Assembly (NCBI GenBank): GCA_963737265.1
Contig: CAVTRY010000022.1
Span: 96,001-160,000 of the forward strand
DNA: 64,000 nt
Origin: an uncultured delta proteobacterium
GTDB taxonomy: Bacteria; Myxococcota_A; Polyangia; Fen-1088
Direction: 5' to 3'
Below, one piece after another: positions 52,662-62,348 of this stretch. Positions within the stretch are counted from its first letter, which is position 1; the number at the start of each line of letters is the position of its first letter. The notes below the pieces were generated by a model, which was not told where the DNA came from, did no database searches, and saw only the letters and a program-made list of their open reading frames with translations. Made by a program: the position numbers and the translations under genes.

Positions 52662-53299
52662 TGCGCGCGTGCCGACGTCAGGCCGTCATCGTGCTGGCCG
52701 GCGTTGCGGTCGCACTGCTGGTGGTCGTCGTTCGGCTGCTCGTCGATGCGCGAAGCGCCTACCAAAACGGCGCCGTCGCCGAGCAGCGTGGCGATACCTC
52801 GGAGGCGATTCGCTATTATCTCGAAGCCGGTCGTCTCTATGTGCCCGGCAGTCCATTCACTCGCAACGCCATCGACCGACTCGATGCGATTGCCGCCGCA
52901 TGTATTGCCAAGAGCGACTACACCACCGCGCGCTTGGCGCTCGAGGCCGAGCGCGCGGCGCTGCTCGGCACGCGTTCGTTTTACATACCGAATGCCGCAC
53001 GCCTGCCGGGCATCGAGCGCCGCCTTTCCAGACTGCTCGCGGCGATCGAAGCACAAGGCGCGCCGTTCGAGGAGCGTGCCAGGTGGCATGCGCAGCGTCT
53101 GGCGGAGCGGCCGTGGCCGAAAACATCTTTGGTTTTTCTCGCCCTGCTTGGCCTCGGGCTGTGGCTGGGATCCGCTATCGGCTTCTTTCGCAAGGGCGTG
53201 GATGAATCGCTTCGCTTGAGACGCTTGCCGGCGATTGTCGCGGGTGTTGGCTTTGTCGTCGGGCTTGGCCTTTTCCTGGTTTGCCTTCGCTTGGCCTAG
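52661..53299 (+). CDS. Hypothetical membrane protein
   Basis: ATG overlaps the permease stop; three TM segments. Confidence 0.65.
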   Translation: MRACRRQAVIVLAGVAVALLVVVVRLLVDARSAYQNGAVAEQRGDTSEAIRYYLEAGRLYVPGSPFTRNAIDRLDAIAAACIAKSDYTTARLALEAERAALLGTRSFYIPNAARLPGIERRLSRLLAAIEAQGAPFEERARWHAQRLAERPWPKTSLVFLALLGLGLWLGSAIGFFRKGVDESLRLRRLPAIVAGVGFVVGLGLFLVCLRLA

Positions 53300-53329
53300 C
53301 AGGCCAGACTATAGTCCGAGCTCAATTCC

Positions 53330-54580
53330 ATGGATGTTCGCTGCGAGCGCTGCCAAACCGAATACGAAGTCGAGGACGCTAGGGTAAGCAACCTCGGCAC
53401 CGAGGTGCAGTGTAGCGAATGCGGCCACCGCTTCGTAGCCAGGCGACCCAGCGGCGGCGAAGCGAAGTCCAGAAGCCCGGACGAGTGGCTGCTCGAAACT
53501 GTCGCTGGCCAATCCCATCGGTTTCAGAGCTCCTTCGTCCTGCAAAAGTGGATCATCGAAGGCCGGGTGAAACGTGAAGACAGGGCTTCGCACAGGGGGC
53601 GACCTGGGCAACCGCTGGGTGAAATCGCCGAACTGGCTCCGTTTTTCACCATCGCGGACGACGCTGTCAGGGCAGACGCCTCGCCAGCCACGCCGGCCCC
53701 GGTGATTTCGCCATCCATACCTGCGAAAGCTCCCCCGAATCGGCCCGCGGTGGCGGGGCCGGCAGCTGCGCTGCCGGTCGCTGGCCGACCGGAAGGCGAA
53801 GCTCCGACGGAGCGTCCTGCCTCACCGTCCCCGCTTCCCTCGCCCGCCGATAGCCTGGGTGGGGTCCACCTGGGTGCATTTCCCCAGGCCTCTGATCCGG
53901 GCGAAACGGAGAGCATTCGCATCGGATCGCGGAAGTCTCGCGGCTTTCTCAAGCTGATGCTTACCACGCTCGTGGCGGCCGCGGTCGCGTACGCAGGCAT
54001 CGCATGGCAGCACCAACGCCTGCGCTCCGCGATGATTTCTTCGTCTGGCACGGCCGCAGGGGAATCGCTGCGAGATCACGCGCGTGCAAGCGAACCGACA
54101 CCGCGCGCGCCAGCGGACGACTCGGTGTCGGCACAGTCGCCCGACCGGGGCGACAGCGTGGCTCGAAGCGGACCGTTGGTGGAGCCCGAAGCCGAGAGCG
54201 GCCGGGCGAAAAGCGCTCTTCGAGGCGGGAAGAGGGCCATGGCGATGCGTAAGCCGAAGCCCGAGGCGGGCCACGCCACACGCCCGATTTCGCAGCCAAA
54301 CCGGGCGCAGCCGGAAGCGCCTGAAGAACTGGCAGCGCAGGGCTTTGCGGCCCTGACCCATCACCAGTACCCGCAAGCCATCGGGCTTTTCAAGCGCGCG
54401 CTCGTCGGTAGCCCGCCCAACGGCACCGCCCGCTTCGGTCTTGCGGAAGCCTATCGGGCAAGCGGCCAGAAGATGGCGGCGCTTCTCGCCTACCGGCGCT
54501 ACGTCGACGCCTTTCCCGCTGGACCCAACGCAATCGCCGCCCGAACCCAAATCCGACTCCTCGAAGGCAAGCAGCGCTAG
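53330..54580 (+). CDS. MJ0042-type zinc-ribbon, TM and TPR protein
   Basis: CERC..CSEC, Pro-rich linker, TM helix, C-terminal TPR. Confidence 0.8.
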   Translation: MDVRCERCQTEYEVEDARVSNLGTEVQCSECGHRFVARRPSGGEAKSRSPDEWLLETVAGQSHRFQSSFVLQKWIIEGRVKREDRASHRGRPGQPLGEIAELAPFFTIADDAVRADASPATPAPVISPSIPAKAPPNRPAVAGPAAALPVAGRPEGEAPTERPASPSPLPSPADSLGGVHLGAFPQASDPGETESIRIGSRKSRGFLKLMLTTLVAAAVAYAGIAWQHQRLRSAMISSSGTAAGESLRDHARASEPTPRAPADDSVSAQSPDRGDSVARSGPLVEPEAESGRAKSALRGGKRAMAMRKPKPEAGHATRPISQPNRAQPEAPEELAAQGFAALTHHQYPQAIGLFKRALVGSPPNGTARFGLAEAYRASGQKMAALLAYRRYVDAFPAGPNAIAARTQIRLLEGKQR

Positions 54581-54660
54581 CTAGCAGACAAGGACGACCG
54601 ACGTTTCTTGTCCGAAGGATTCTCTCCCAATGACCTTCCAGGCCAACGGCGAGATTCTCT

Positions 54661-56433
54661 TCATTCGGAATGCTCGCGGCGCAAAATCAGGTATCCATCG
54701 GTCTCGAAATCGACTGCGAACGTCGGTTGCAGAAAGCGCACGGGATCGCCTCGCGTCGAGTAGCGATCGAGCACCACGTGGGTCACCTCCGGGGCAAGAA
54801 TCTCGAGCGGCAAGGGCGGAGCGTTCAGTCGCGCCACGACCGCGTTGTCGATCCAGCGCCCATCGGGCAACGGCTCGCCCAGGCGCAGCGCATACCCGAT
54901 GTCCTTGCGACAAACGGGCACGTCACCGGGGCGAAGTGTGTTGCGTAGTCGCGCCACAACCGGCGCGAAACTCGGCTCCGCGTAGTTCGGCCAATTGGGT
55001 GCCGTGGTGTACGTCGCCTGTTGCTTCCAGGCCAGCCCCAACTGCGCCCCCAAGGTTCCGATGATGAGAGCGGCGGTGAGAATCGGTTCGGGCGCACGCC
55101 AACGACGGCGGTTGAGCACGAACAAGATCCCGACGAGGGCCGCACCCAGCACCAAGTAGAAGAGCATGAGAACGCTCGCGGTGGCGTGCTGGGAGACCAC
55201 CAGGTCGTATACGGTCGACACGGGATCGCCTAGCGCGACCACTTGCACCCAGGCGACCGCAATCATCAGGATGCCGGAGACCGCCAGCCTTCGCCAGGGA
55301 GGACACGACAACCGCGGCGCCAGCCACAGCGCAATCAGCAGCGTCAACGGCGCGTACGCCGGATACTCGTACTTGAGAAACCACCCACTCGGCCGAACAA
55401 TCTTCGCGAGAATCAAGAGAAACAGCACGAAGATCGTCAAGAGGTCGACCGGCTCGGGCGCTCGGCGTCGCCATACTTGGCGCACGCGCGATGCCAGGGC
55501 GACAAGGCCGAGCGACGCCCAGAAGGGCGAAACCCACGTCGCGCTGTGAACCAAGGTCTTTCCAATAGTGACGAAGGTGCCGGTGAACCCGCGGCGGGCC
55601 ACGACCTGCGTGAGTACGCCGTCCGCCTTGGCCAGACGGCGCTCGATCGAGAAGGCGATGAAGTAGTCGGCCGGCACGTGCAGCGCCCGGCACAATGCCA
55701 TCCACAATGCCGCAAACAGCGCCACGCCGAAAAGCGCCGCGATCAACAAGGCGGCGACCCGGCGCCAGCGACGGGCCAGGATTTCGTATCCGGCAACGGT
55801 GACGAGGATGTAGGGAGCGGCAAGCTCCTTGGCCCAGGAAACGAGGCTGAGCAGGAGAGCGAGACGCAGGACCCGCCCGAGCCACGAAAGCCCTGGACGT
55901 TCCATGCGTAGGTACTCGTGCAGGAAAAACAACAGCGCCGTCGTCATGACGGTGTTGTCGATATCGAGCATCAGCCCCTCCTGCAGAAGGAAGGGATTGG
56001 CGAGAAACAGAATCGCCATCAGGCTGGCCGTCCACGCGTACCTTTCCGCCTGAACAATCCGGCGCAGGATGCGCAACAAGAGCCACAGGTCGAGAGCCAA
56101 GCACGCGGCGCCGGTCAGCCGGGCTGCCCAGTTTTCCGGCCCGAACAATCGATAGCACAGCCCAATGAGAAAGACATAGATCGAGGCGTGCCAAAGTCCC
56201 AGCTGAACGTGCGGTTGGCCGCCCGAGTTGTATAGCCAGCGATCGGATTCCGGGATGAGGCGCTCGGGCACGTCGCCCATGTAGTAAATCGGCCGCCCAG
56301 TCCGCGCAACCCCCAAACCCGCGGCCGCGCACTCAGCCTCGTCGGTCGACGGCGGCTTGTCCATCGCCGCCGCGCCAGCGACCAGGAACACCACGACGGC
56401 CAACCCGACCAGCAAGAGCGTGCTCCGGTTCAT
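54661..56433 (-). CDS. ArnT/PMT-like (GT-C) membrane glycosyltransferase
   Basis: Many TM helices; DE after TM1; LFG..WAARL, P..Y motifs. Confidence 0.7.
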   Translation of the reverse strand: MNRSTLLLVGLAVVVFLVAGAAAMDKPPSTDEAECAAAGLGVARTGRPIYYMGDVPERLIPESDRWLYNSGGQPHVQLGLWHASIYVFLIGLCYRLFGPENWAARLTGAACLALDLWLLLRILRRIVQAERYAWTASLMAILFLANPFLLQEGLMLDIDNTVMTTALLFFLHEYLRMERPGLSWLGRVLRLALLLSLVSWAKELAAPYILVTVAGYEILARRWRRVAALLIAALFGVALFAALWMALCRALHVPADYFIAFSIERRLAKADGVLTQVVARRGFTGTFVTIGKTLVHSATWVSPFWASLGLVALASRVRQVWRRRAPEPVDLLTIFVLFLLILAKIVRPSGWFLKYEYPAYAPLTLLIALWLAPRLSCPPWRRLAVSGILMIAVAWVQVVALGDPVSTVYDLVVSQHATASVLMLFYLVLGAALVGILFVLNRRRWRAPEPILTAALIIGTLGAQLGLAWKQQATYTTAPNWPNYAEPSFAPVVARLRNTLRPGDVPVCRKDIGYALRLGEPLPDGRWIDNAVVARLNAPPLPLEILAPEVTHVVLDRYSTRGDPVRFLQPTFAVDFETDGYLILRREHSE

Positions 56434-56513
56434 CGGATTCGAGTATCACACAACTCTTCAATCGAGCGTTGAGGCGGACCGTGGTCGGCGCTTGTGCAGG
56501 GTCAGGCAACAAG

Positions 56514-58163
56514 TTAAGGTCCTGCAATTCGGAGTTGGGGGCCATGAATCGCTGCCTCGACGGCGGCAAAGTCGGCGGTCGCCTCGGGCACGGCGGCGCG
56601 GCCGCGCTCGAGCAGGGCGCAGGCGGCGTCGCGGCGGCCAGCCTCGGCCAGGACCACGGCCAAGTCGTGATAGGGCTCGTGCCACTTAGGCAGAAGGGCA
56701 ATGGCGCGCTCGATCGCCTCGATGCCCTCGTCGAGCTTTCCCTGGCGCGCGAGGGATAAGCCAAGGCCATTGTGGGCGAAGGCGTGATTTGGATTCTGTG
56801 CCAGCGCGCGCCGGTTGTAGTCTTCGGCGCCTGGGTAATCACACAGCATGAAGCAAACGAAGCCAAGCAGATCGAGAACGGTGAGAGCGCTCGGCGCTTT
56901 TTCGAGAGCAGACAAGAGAAGTCGGTGCGCCTCCTCGAAGCGGCGAGCATCCGCGGCTTCGCGCGCCTTCTGCACCAGCGTCGGCACATCGGCGGATCCT
57001 TCTGTGATCGCCGAGCAGGGCACGATCTTGCCGCCCAAGAACGCCGTCTCGGCTTCGGTCGGATTCTCGGTTAGCAAATCGAGGCGTCCGTGCTTTTGTG
57101 CCTGGTAGTAGAAGCAGAAGGGATTGCCCTCGCCGCCTAGGGCGGCGTGACAGTGGACGGTCCACGTGCAGCCGCCGCGGCAGAAGTCGCGGTAGCGGCA
57201 AACTCGGCAAAATCCCGTGAGCTTGCCTTCGCCGGCCGTCCGGTTGTAGGCGAAGGCGCCCGCCGCGTTCCAGATCTCGGCCAGCGGTTTGTCACGAACG
57301 TTGCCTTCGACGAAGCGAGACTCGCCGTGCATGGACGACGGCAGGGACAGGCAGCCCTTCACGTTGCCGTTGCTCTCGATGCCCACCACCTGGCAACCCG
57401 CGCGGCATCCGATCCAAAACGGTATCTCGCCGCCGTCGTCGCGCAGGCCTTGCTCGGGCTTGCCGTAATAGCCGATGTCGTCGGCGGCGACGGTAAAGAA
57501 TTGGCGCGTGTTGGAGCGACACAAGGCTGCCAGCTCGGGCACCAGCCACAGCAGATCCGCCGGATCCACCACCAGGTCGCGATGCAGTCCCATGGTTCCC
57601 GACGGCGTCGCCAGCTGCACCTGCATGGAGAACACGCCGCGAGCCGCGATGAAATCCCGCAGCTCGCGCAAGATGCGCTGGTTGAGCTTGTTCACGGTGG
57701 TATTGACCGCAACTGGCAGTCCGCCGGCCACGCAGGCATCGATGGCCGCGACGACGCGATCGAACGAGCCCGGCTGGCGAAATTCGTCGTGCTCGCTCTC
57801 AAAGCCGTCAAGGCTGAAGGCCGCGCCACACAGACCGGCCGCCTTCGCGCGCTCGACGTACGCTACGTTCCAGTGCCAGCCGTTCGAGATCAGATTGACC
57901 TTGATACAATGATCGACGAGGCGTTTGCCGATGCGATCCCAATCCGGGTTGAGCGTGGGCTCGCCACCGCTCAGGGTTACCCGCCGACAGCCGAGCGCCG
58001 CGAGTTGGTCGGCGACGCGCAGGTTTTCCTCCAGGCTCATCTCGTCGTCGCGCCGGCTGCCCGCGAAGGAGCCGCAGTGCTTGCAGCGCAGGTTGCAGGC
58101 CAGCGTCAGCTCCCAGACACAGGCCCGAGGCGCGAAACCGACTTGTTTCAGAATCTCGAGCAT
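56514..58163 (-). CDS. Radical SAM/SPASM peptide maturase (splicease/PlpX-like) with C-terminal TPR
   Basis: VWELTLACNLRCKHCGS, SGGEP, GCRAG..GIESNGNVKGCLSL, CRVC..CRGGC, NPFC; TPR tail. Confidence 0.88.
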   Translation of the reverse strand: MLEILKQVGFAPRACVWELTLACNLRCKHCGSFAGSRRDDEMSLEENLRVADQLAALGCRRVTLSGGEPTLNPDWDRIGKRLVDHCIKVNLISNGWHWNVAYVERAKAAGLCGAAFSLDGFESEHDEFRQPGSFDRVVAAIDACVAGGLPVAVNTTVNKLNQRILRELRDFIAARGVFSMQVQLATPSGTMGLHRDLVVDPADLLWLVPELAALCRSNTRQFFTVAADDIGYYGKPEQGLRDDGGEIPFWIGCRAGCQVVGIESNGNVKGCLSLPSSMHGESRFVEGNVRDKPLAEIWNAAGAFAYNRTAGEGKLTGFCRVCRYRDFCRGGCTWTVHCHAALGGEGNPFCFYYQAQKHGRLDLLTENPTEAETAFLGGKIVPCSAITEGSADVPTLVQKAREAADARRFEEAHRLLLSALEKAPSALTVLDLLGFVCFMLCDYPGAEDYNRRALAQNPNHAFAHNGLGLSLARQGKLDEGIEAIERAIALLPKWHEPYHDLAVVLAEAGRRDAACALLERGRAAVPEATADFAAVEAAIHGPQLRIAGP

Positions 58164-58177
58164 CGGGCAAACAACGT

Positions 58178-58633
58178 CTAGGACTTCGCTTCCGGAAAGA
58201 TCGCCATGTAGATCACGACACCGTGTCCGATGTCCGCATCCGCGGCGGCATCGGGTGGCTGCTGGGCCATGTAGCGCACCGCCGGCCCGCTGTCCGGCAA
58301 TTGCTGCGCCATGTACATCGGCGCCATGTAAAGCGCGGCTGCGCCTTGCGCATCCGCGCCAGCGTCGGGCAGCGGTGCCATGTACTTCGCGATCATGCCG
58401 GTGTCTCGGGCGCTGCCGCCGGCCTCGCTGAGATCTGCGTCCGGTGCAAGCTGCTGGTCCGCGGTCGCGACGTCTTTCGCGGTCGCGTGGCCGCCATCGT
58501 CACCCGAGTCCATGGTGGTGCTTCCGCAGCCACCCAAGGCGAGCCCCAAGCCCAATGTCGCTGGCATCAGCATATTGCGCAGTCGGATCTGGAGGAAACG
58601 CTCCACCCGCTGTCGCATTTCTCGCTCTCGCAT
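58178..58633 (-). CDS. Lipoprotein-like putative precursor with five YMA repeats
   Basis: AAGGAG RBS; LALGGC lipobox; AKYMAP, ALYMAP, PMYMAQ, VRYMAQ, VIYMAI. Confidence 0.75.
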   Translation of the reverse strand: MREREMRQRVERFLQIRLRNMLMPATLGLGLALGGCGSTTMDSGDDGGHATAKDVATADQQLAPDADLSEAGGSARDTGMIAKYMAPLPDAGADAQGAAALYMAPMYMAQQLPDSGPAVRYMAQQPPDAAADADIGHGVVIYMAIFPEAKS

Positions 58634-58703
58634 GCTCGCTCCTTCACGTAGGTGAATAACGCCGCGGCCAGAGATTGCGGGCCGCCAACCGTCAGCATAG
58701 ATC

Positions 58704-58719
58704 AGCAAAACAGGTGCCG
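58704..58719 (-). promoter_or_regulatory. Sigma-54 -24/-12 promoter for the precursor-rSAM operon
   Basis: CGGCACCTGTTTTGCT matches YGGCAC-N5-TTGCW; palindrome TCGGCACGTGCCGA at 58727-58740. Confidence 0.6.
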
Positions 58720-58819
58720 CCCGAAATCGGCACGTGCCGAGTCCAGCGCGCTAATAGTTTCAACCAGTTGACCCCGAAAGGCCGACCACGAGTCTCAGAT
58801 TTCCGAGGATAGTCAGCAT

Positions 58820-59776
58820 TCACGACCATGAATTGGAGTTATCAACCGCCTCGACGAGAAACTTCACCTCGGGTTGGGGTGGTTCGTGGTTGGCCCGATG
58901 GGGGCGAAGCAAGATCGGCAGGGCGCGGATGAGTAGAAACAATTTGCGTGCCTTGCTGGTGTAGGCGCGCGTGGTGACCGAATCGTAGCCATTCTTCGCG
59001 ACGACGCGGCCAATTTCGGCGTAAATCAGACGGGCGGCGCGGACGCCGAGTCGACAGTCGGACGGATACATCGTTATGCCGCGATCGGCCCGGCGGTAGC
59101 AGGCGTCGGCCAGCGCCAGCACACGCTTGACCACACTGGCAAGGGCGGGACTAGGCGCGGGACGCGCGAGCAGCTCGTCCACGTCGACCCCAGCCTCCGC
59201 TAGCCAATCCTGGGGCAAATAGACGCGACCCGCGCGGGCGTCTTCGCCGACGTCGCGGCAGATGTTGGTAAGCTGCATGGCCAAGCCCAGATCGCAGGCG
59301 CGCGCCAGCAGGCCGGGCGACCGCTCGCCGAACAGCAAGGTCATCATCACGCCCACGGTGGACGCCACCCGCGCGCAATACGCTTCCAGATCTTGCTGGG
59401 TGGAATAGCGCCGCCGCTCGGCGTCCCACTCGAAGCCCTCGATCAGGGCGCGCGGGATCGCCTGCGGAATTCCGTGAGCCTCCACGACGCTGCAGAACGA
59501 ACGGTCGACAGCGTTTTCCTCGGGCTGGCCGGCGTAGATGCGATCCAGTCGCTCGTGCAAACGGACGATGGCGGCTCTGACGTCGGTTCCCAAATCCACG
59601 GCGTCGTCGGCGACGCGGCAGAAGGCGTACAGCGCCGCGGTACCGTCGTGCAGCCGCTTCGGCAGCAAGCGGGAGGCGGCGACGAAGCTCTTGGATCCAT
59701 TGCGCAGGATCTCGTGGCAGACGCGGAGATCTGCTCGCCGCTGTTCCTCGCTGCTGGCTGGGGCGTTTACGCGCAT
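58820..59776 (-). CDS. crtB: Phytoene/squalene synthase
   Basis: SKSF, LYAFCRVADD, YCARVASTVG, MQLTNICRDVGED, GRVYLP. Confidence 0.9.
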   Translation of the reverse strand: MRVNAPASSEEQRRADLRVCHEILRNGSKSFVAASRLLPKRLHDGTAALYAFCRVADDAVDLGTDVRAAIVRLHERLDRIYAGQPEENAVDRSFCSVVEAHGIPQAIPRALIEGFEWDAERRRYSTQQDLEAYCARVASTVGVMMTLLFGERSPGLLARACDLGLAMQLTNICRDVGEDARAGRVYLPQDWLAEAGVDVDELLARPAPSPALASVVKRVLALADACYRRADRGITMYPSDCRLGVRAARLIYAEIGRVVAKNGYDSVTTRAYTSKARKLFLLIRALPILLRPHRANHEPPQPEVKFLVEAVDNSNSWS

Positions 59777-59780
59777 CGCG

Positions 59781-60683
59781 CTAGCCGCAGTCGAGAGCGG
59801 AGCCCGACCGACCGGCAGCAGTTCGCTGGCGGATCTCTGGTGGGCATAGACGCGCCGCCGCGAGCGACAGAAAATCCTGAACGTCCCTGCGACCGCGGCA
59901 TTCCGGAATGGATTGCATGGCTTGACCAATGAGTCGGTCGAGTTGGGCGAGGGCTCCCGCAACGCCAAGATCCGCGACGGCGCTTGGCCGCGACTTATGG
60001 CCATCTTGATGGATGGGTTTGCCGAGGCGCCCCGATTCGCCGAGCGCGTCCGCGAGATCGTCCGCTACTTGGTAAGCCTCGCCGAGCTGTCCTCCGGTCG
60101 CGCGCCAGGCCTCGGGATCGGCGTCGCCGACAATGGCGCCGGCCACGGCAGCGGCTTCGAACAGCGCCGCGGTTTTCGCGTGATGGTAGGCCCGCACATC
60201 GACGCTGGGCTCGCTCTCCCATGCCTGGCCCGCGGCGATTCCAGCCGGCGCCCCTGCCGCACGCGCCAGCGCGCCCAAAATGGCCGCGGACTTGGCGGGC
60301 TGTGCGGCCACGTGGGATGAAACCGCATCGAACGCCATCACGATCAACGCGTCGCCGACCAGAATTGCTACCTCCTCGCCGAAGCGTTTGTGGAGCGATG
60401 GCTGTCCCCGCCGCAGCGACGCGTCGTCGAAACACGGCAGATCGTCCTGCACCAGGGATGCGCAATGAAACAGCTCAACGGCCGCTGCCGAGGCGTCGGC
60501 CAGGCCGGGATCCGGATCGTCATGCGCCCTGGCCACCGCGAGGCAAAGCCCGGGTCGCACCCGGCCGCCACCAGGAAACACGGCATAGCGGACCGCCGCC
60601 GCCAAGCGCTGGGGACACGGCGGCGCAGTGGCTGCCCGCACAGCCTGCTCCAGCGCTGCCTCGATCCTTGATTCGGGTTCCAT
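59781..60683 (-). CDS. crtE: Geranylgeranyl diphosphate/polyprenyl synthase
   Basis: DDLPCFDD..RRG, KTAALF, YQVADDLAD. Confidence 0.88.
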   Translation of the reverse strand: MEPESRIEAALEQAVRAATAPPCPQRLAAAVRYAVFPGGGRVRPGLCLAVARAHDDPDPGLADASAAAVELFHCASLVQDDLPCFDDASLRRGQPSLHKRFGEEVAILVGDALIVMAFDAVSSHVAAQPAKSAAILGALARAAGAPAGIAAGQAWESEPSVDVRAYHHAKTAALFEAAAVAGAIVGDADPEAWRATGGQLGEAYQVADDLADALGESGRLGKPIHQDGHKSRPSAVADLGVAGALAQLDRLIGQAMQSIPECRGRRDVQDFLSLAAARLCPPEIRQRTAAGRSGSALDCG

Positions 60684-60847
60684 GGAATTTAGAAGTGACC
60701 GGCGTGGGCCTAACTATGCCCGATTTCGCCTGGGCACCGACAATAACCTAACGGGCTGAGCGCCTCGCGCGGCGCATCCCCAGCCGCGGCCAGTCGACCC
60801 CTTTTTCTTGACAGTTTCCCCATCCGGACCAACCTAGTCACATTCCC

Positions 60848-61156
60848 ATGGCTATCCAGTCCAATTCGAAATCAAACAAGGCAAAAAACGAAAAGCCCGC
60901 GCCTGCCGCCAAGGCACCCGCGCCTGCCGCCAAGGCGGCACCCGCGCCTGTCGCCAAGGCACCCGCGCCTGTCGTCAAAGCGCCCGCGCCCGCGCCCAAG
61001 GCGACGGCCAAGCCGCGTGCTCCCTACGAGCCAACCCAGGAGGAGATCCAGACCCGCGCTTTCGAGATTTATGTCAGCGAGGGATGCAAGGAAAACAACG
61101 ATCTCGAGTACTGGCTGCGCGCGGAACAAGAACTGCGCGCGCAAGCCAGCCGCTAG
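60848..61156 (+). CDS. DUF2934 protein with Ala/Lys/Pro repeats
   Basis: EEIQTRAFEIY..G...DLEYWLRAEQEL; AKAPAP tandem repeats. Confidence 0.85.
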   Translation: MAIQSNSKSNKAKNEKPAPAAKAPAPAAKAAPAPVAKAPAPVVKAPAPAPKATAKPRAPYEPTQEEIQTRAFEIYVSEGCKENNDLEYWLRAEQELRAQASR

Positions 61157-62169
61157 TTCGGCCGACGTTCTGTCGTGAACGGCGCGAAAGTGCCGCCAGG
61201 GGTGTCACCGTGGGTGCGCAACGCCTCGGTTCTCTCTGCGCCGGCGATGGCCAACGCCAACAGCCCGCACAGAGTGAAAAGAGCCGGCTTGGGCGAGGTG
61301 ATCTCGAGGCCCGCGACGGCCAGAAGCAGTAATCCCCAACCGATCAGACGCGATTGGCCTGGTACGGCCAGGCAGCTTACGGTGGATGCGCCAAGGCAGG
61401 CTAGTGCAACGATGAGCGCGCCGGTGTACAGCCGCTCCGTAGATGATGCGAGGCCAGTCAGATCGACGTGCAGCCCGTAGAACGCCACCGCCTGGACCAG
61501 GTCGAAGCGGAGCATGGCGGCGGCGCCAAGCGCGACCGCTAGCAAGATTCCAGCGCCGACGGTGATGGCGGCCCTGCCGGCACTCCAAGGCCTCGGGGTC
61601 AAAAGGACCGGTGTCGCGGTCATGGCGGCCAGGGCAACCGCGTGGGCCACGCGAACCATCTGACTCGGCTCGAGCCGCGACCACGACATGCGATCGCAAA
61701 ACAGCGCCACCGCCTGAAGCACGATAGGAAGCGCGAAAAGGGTCACGCCAAGTTTTGAACGCCAGGGGCGCGCGCCATGCCAGACGCCAAGCGCCAGGAA
61801 GAAGACGAGAAAGCCGTGACTGATGCGCAGATGGATGTGGTATCGGGGCGTGCCGAGGATCCAAAGCACGCCGAGGGCGGACAGGACCGAGAAAAACAGT
61901 CCGACCGTGCTAACCGTGATGCGCATGGAGCGGGGAAAGACGTCGTCCGAGCGCAGGGCGCGCAGCAACGCTGCCACCGCGAGCAGCAGGGCCAAGATCC
62001 CCGCCAGGTTCGAGACGAAGAGGCCGAAATCGGAGAGCAGGCGCTCGGCCGCGGTGCCGTGCCGGCTGGGTAGGAAGACCCCGTTGACGATGCGATAGAA
62101 GACGAGGTCGGCCAGCGCCGCGAGGGCGAGCAAGGCCGTCAGATTCAGTGCCAGCAGCAGTCTGCGCAT
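61153..62169 (-). CDS. Hypothetical multi-pass membrane protein
   Basis: About ten hydrophobic segments starting at MRRLLLAL. Confidence 0.7.
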   Translation of the reverse strand: MRRLLLALNLTALLALAALADLVFYRIVNGVFLPSRHGTAAERLLSDFGLFVSNLAGILALLLAVAALLRALRSDDVFPRSMRITVSTVGLFFSVLSALGVLWILGTPRYHIHLRISHGFLVFFLALGVWHGARPWRSKLGVTLFALPIVLQAVALFCDRMSWSRLEPSQMVRVAHAVALAAMTATPVLLTPRPWSAGRAAITVGAGILLAVALGAAAMLRFDLVQAVAFYGLHVDLTGLASSTERLYTGALIVALACLGASTVSCLAVPGQSRLIGWGLLLLAVAGLEITSPKPALFTLCGLLALAIAGAERTEALRTHGDTPGGTFAPFTTERRPN

Positions 62170-62348
62170 CGCCGCGCAGTATATGCCGATGGGGTTGCGT
62201 GTGCCCGCGGAAGCGCGCCCCAAGGATTGCGAAAAGGCAATGCCTCCGTGCTCTCGCGGAATTTTGCCAGGGTGGTACCATTGCTCCACAGCCATGATTT
62301 GCGCACCGGCCGGCAACGAGACTTGGGCGCAAGACCCAAGAAACCAGC

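Noticed and set aside
58820-60683. crtE-crtB as part of the rSAM cluster
   Set aside because: The precursor has its own promoter-like sequence in the gap, and no biochemical link is evident.
60895-61000. Tandem ~21-bp repeats as a possible CRISPR or array
   Set aside because: No spacers; they encode the AKAPAP low-complexity region of the DUF2934 protein.
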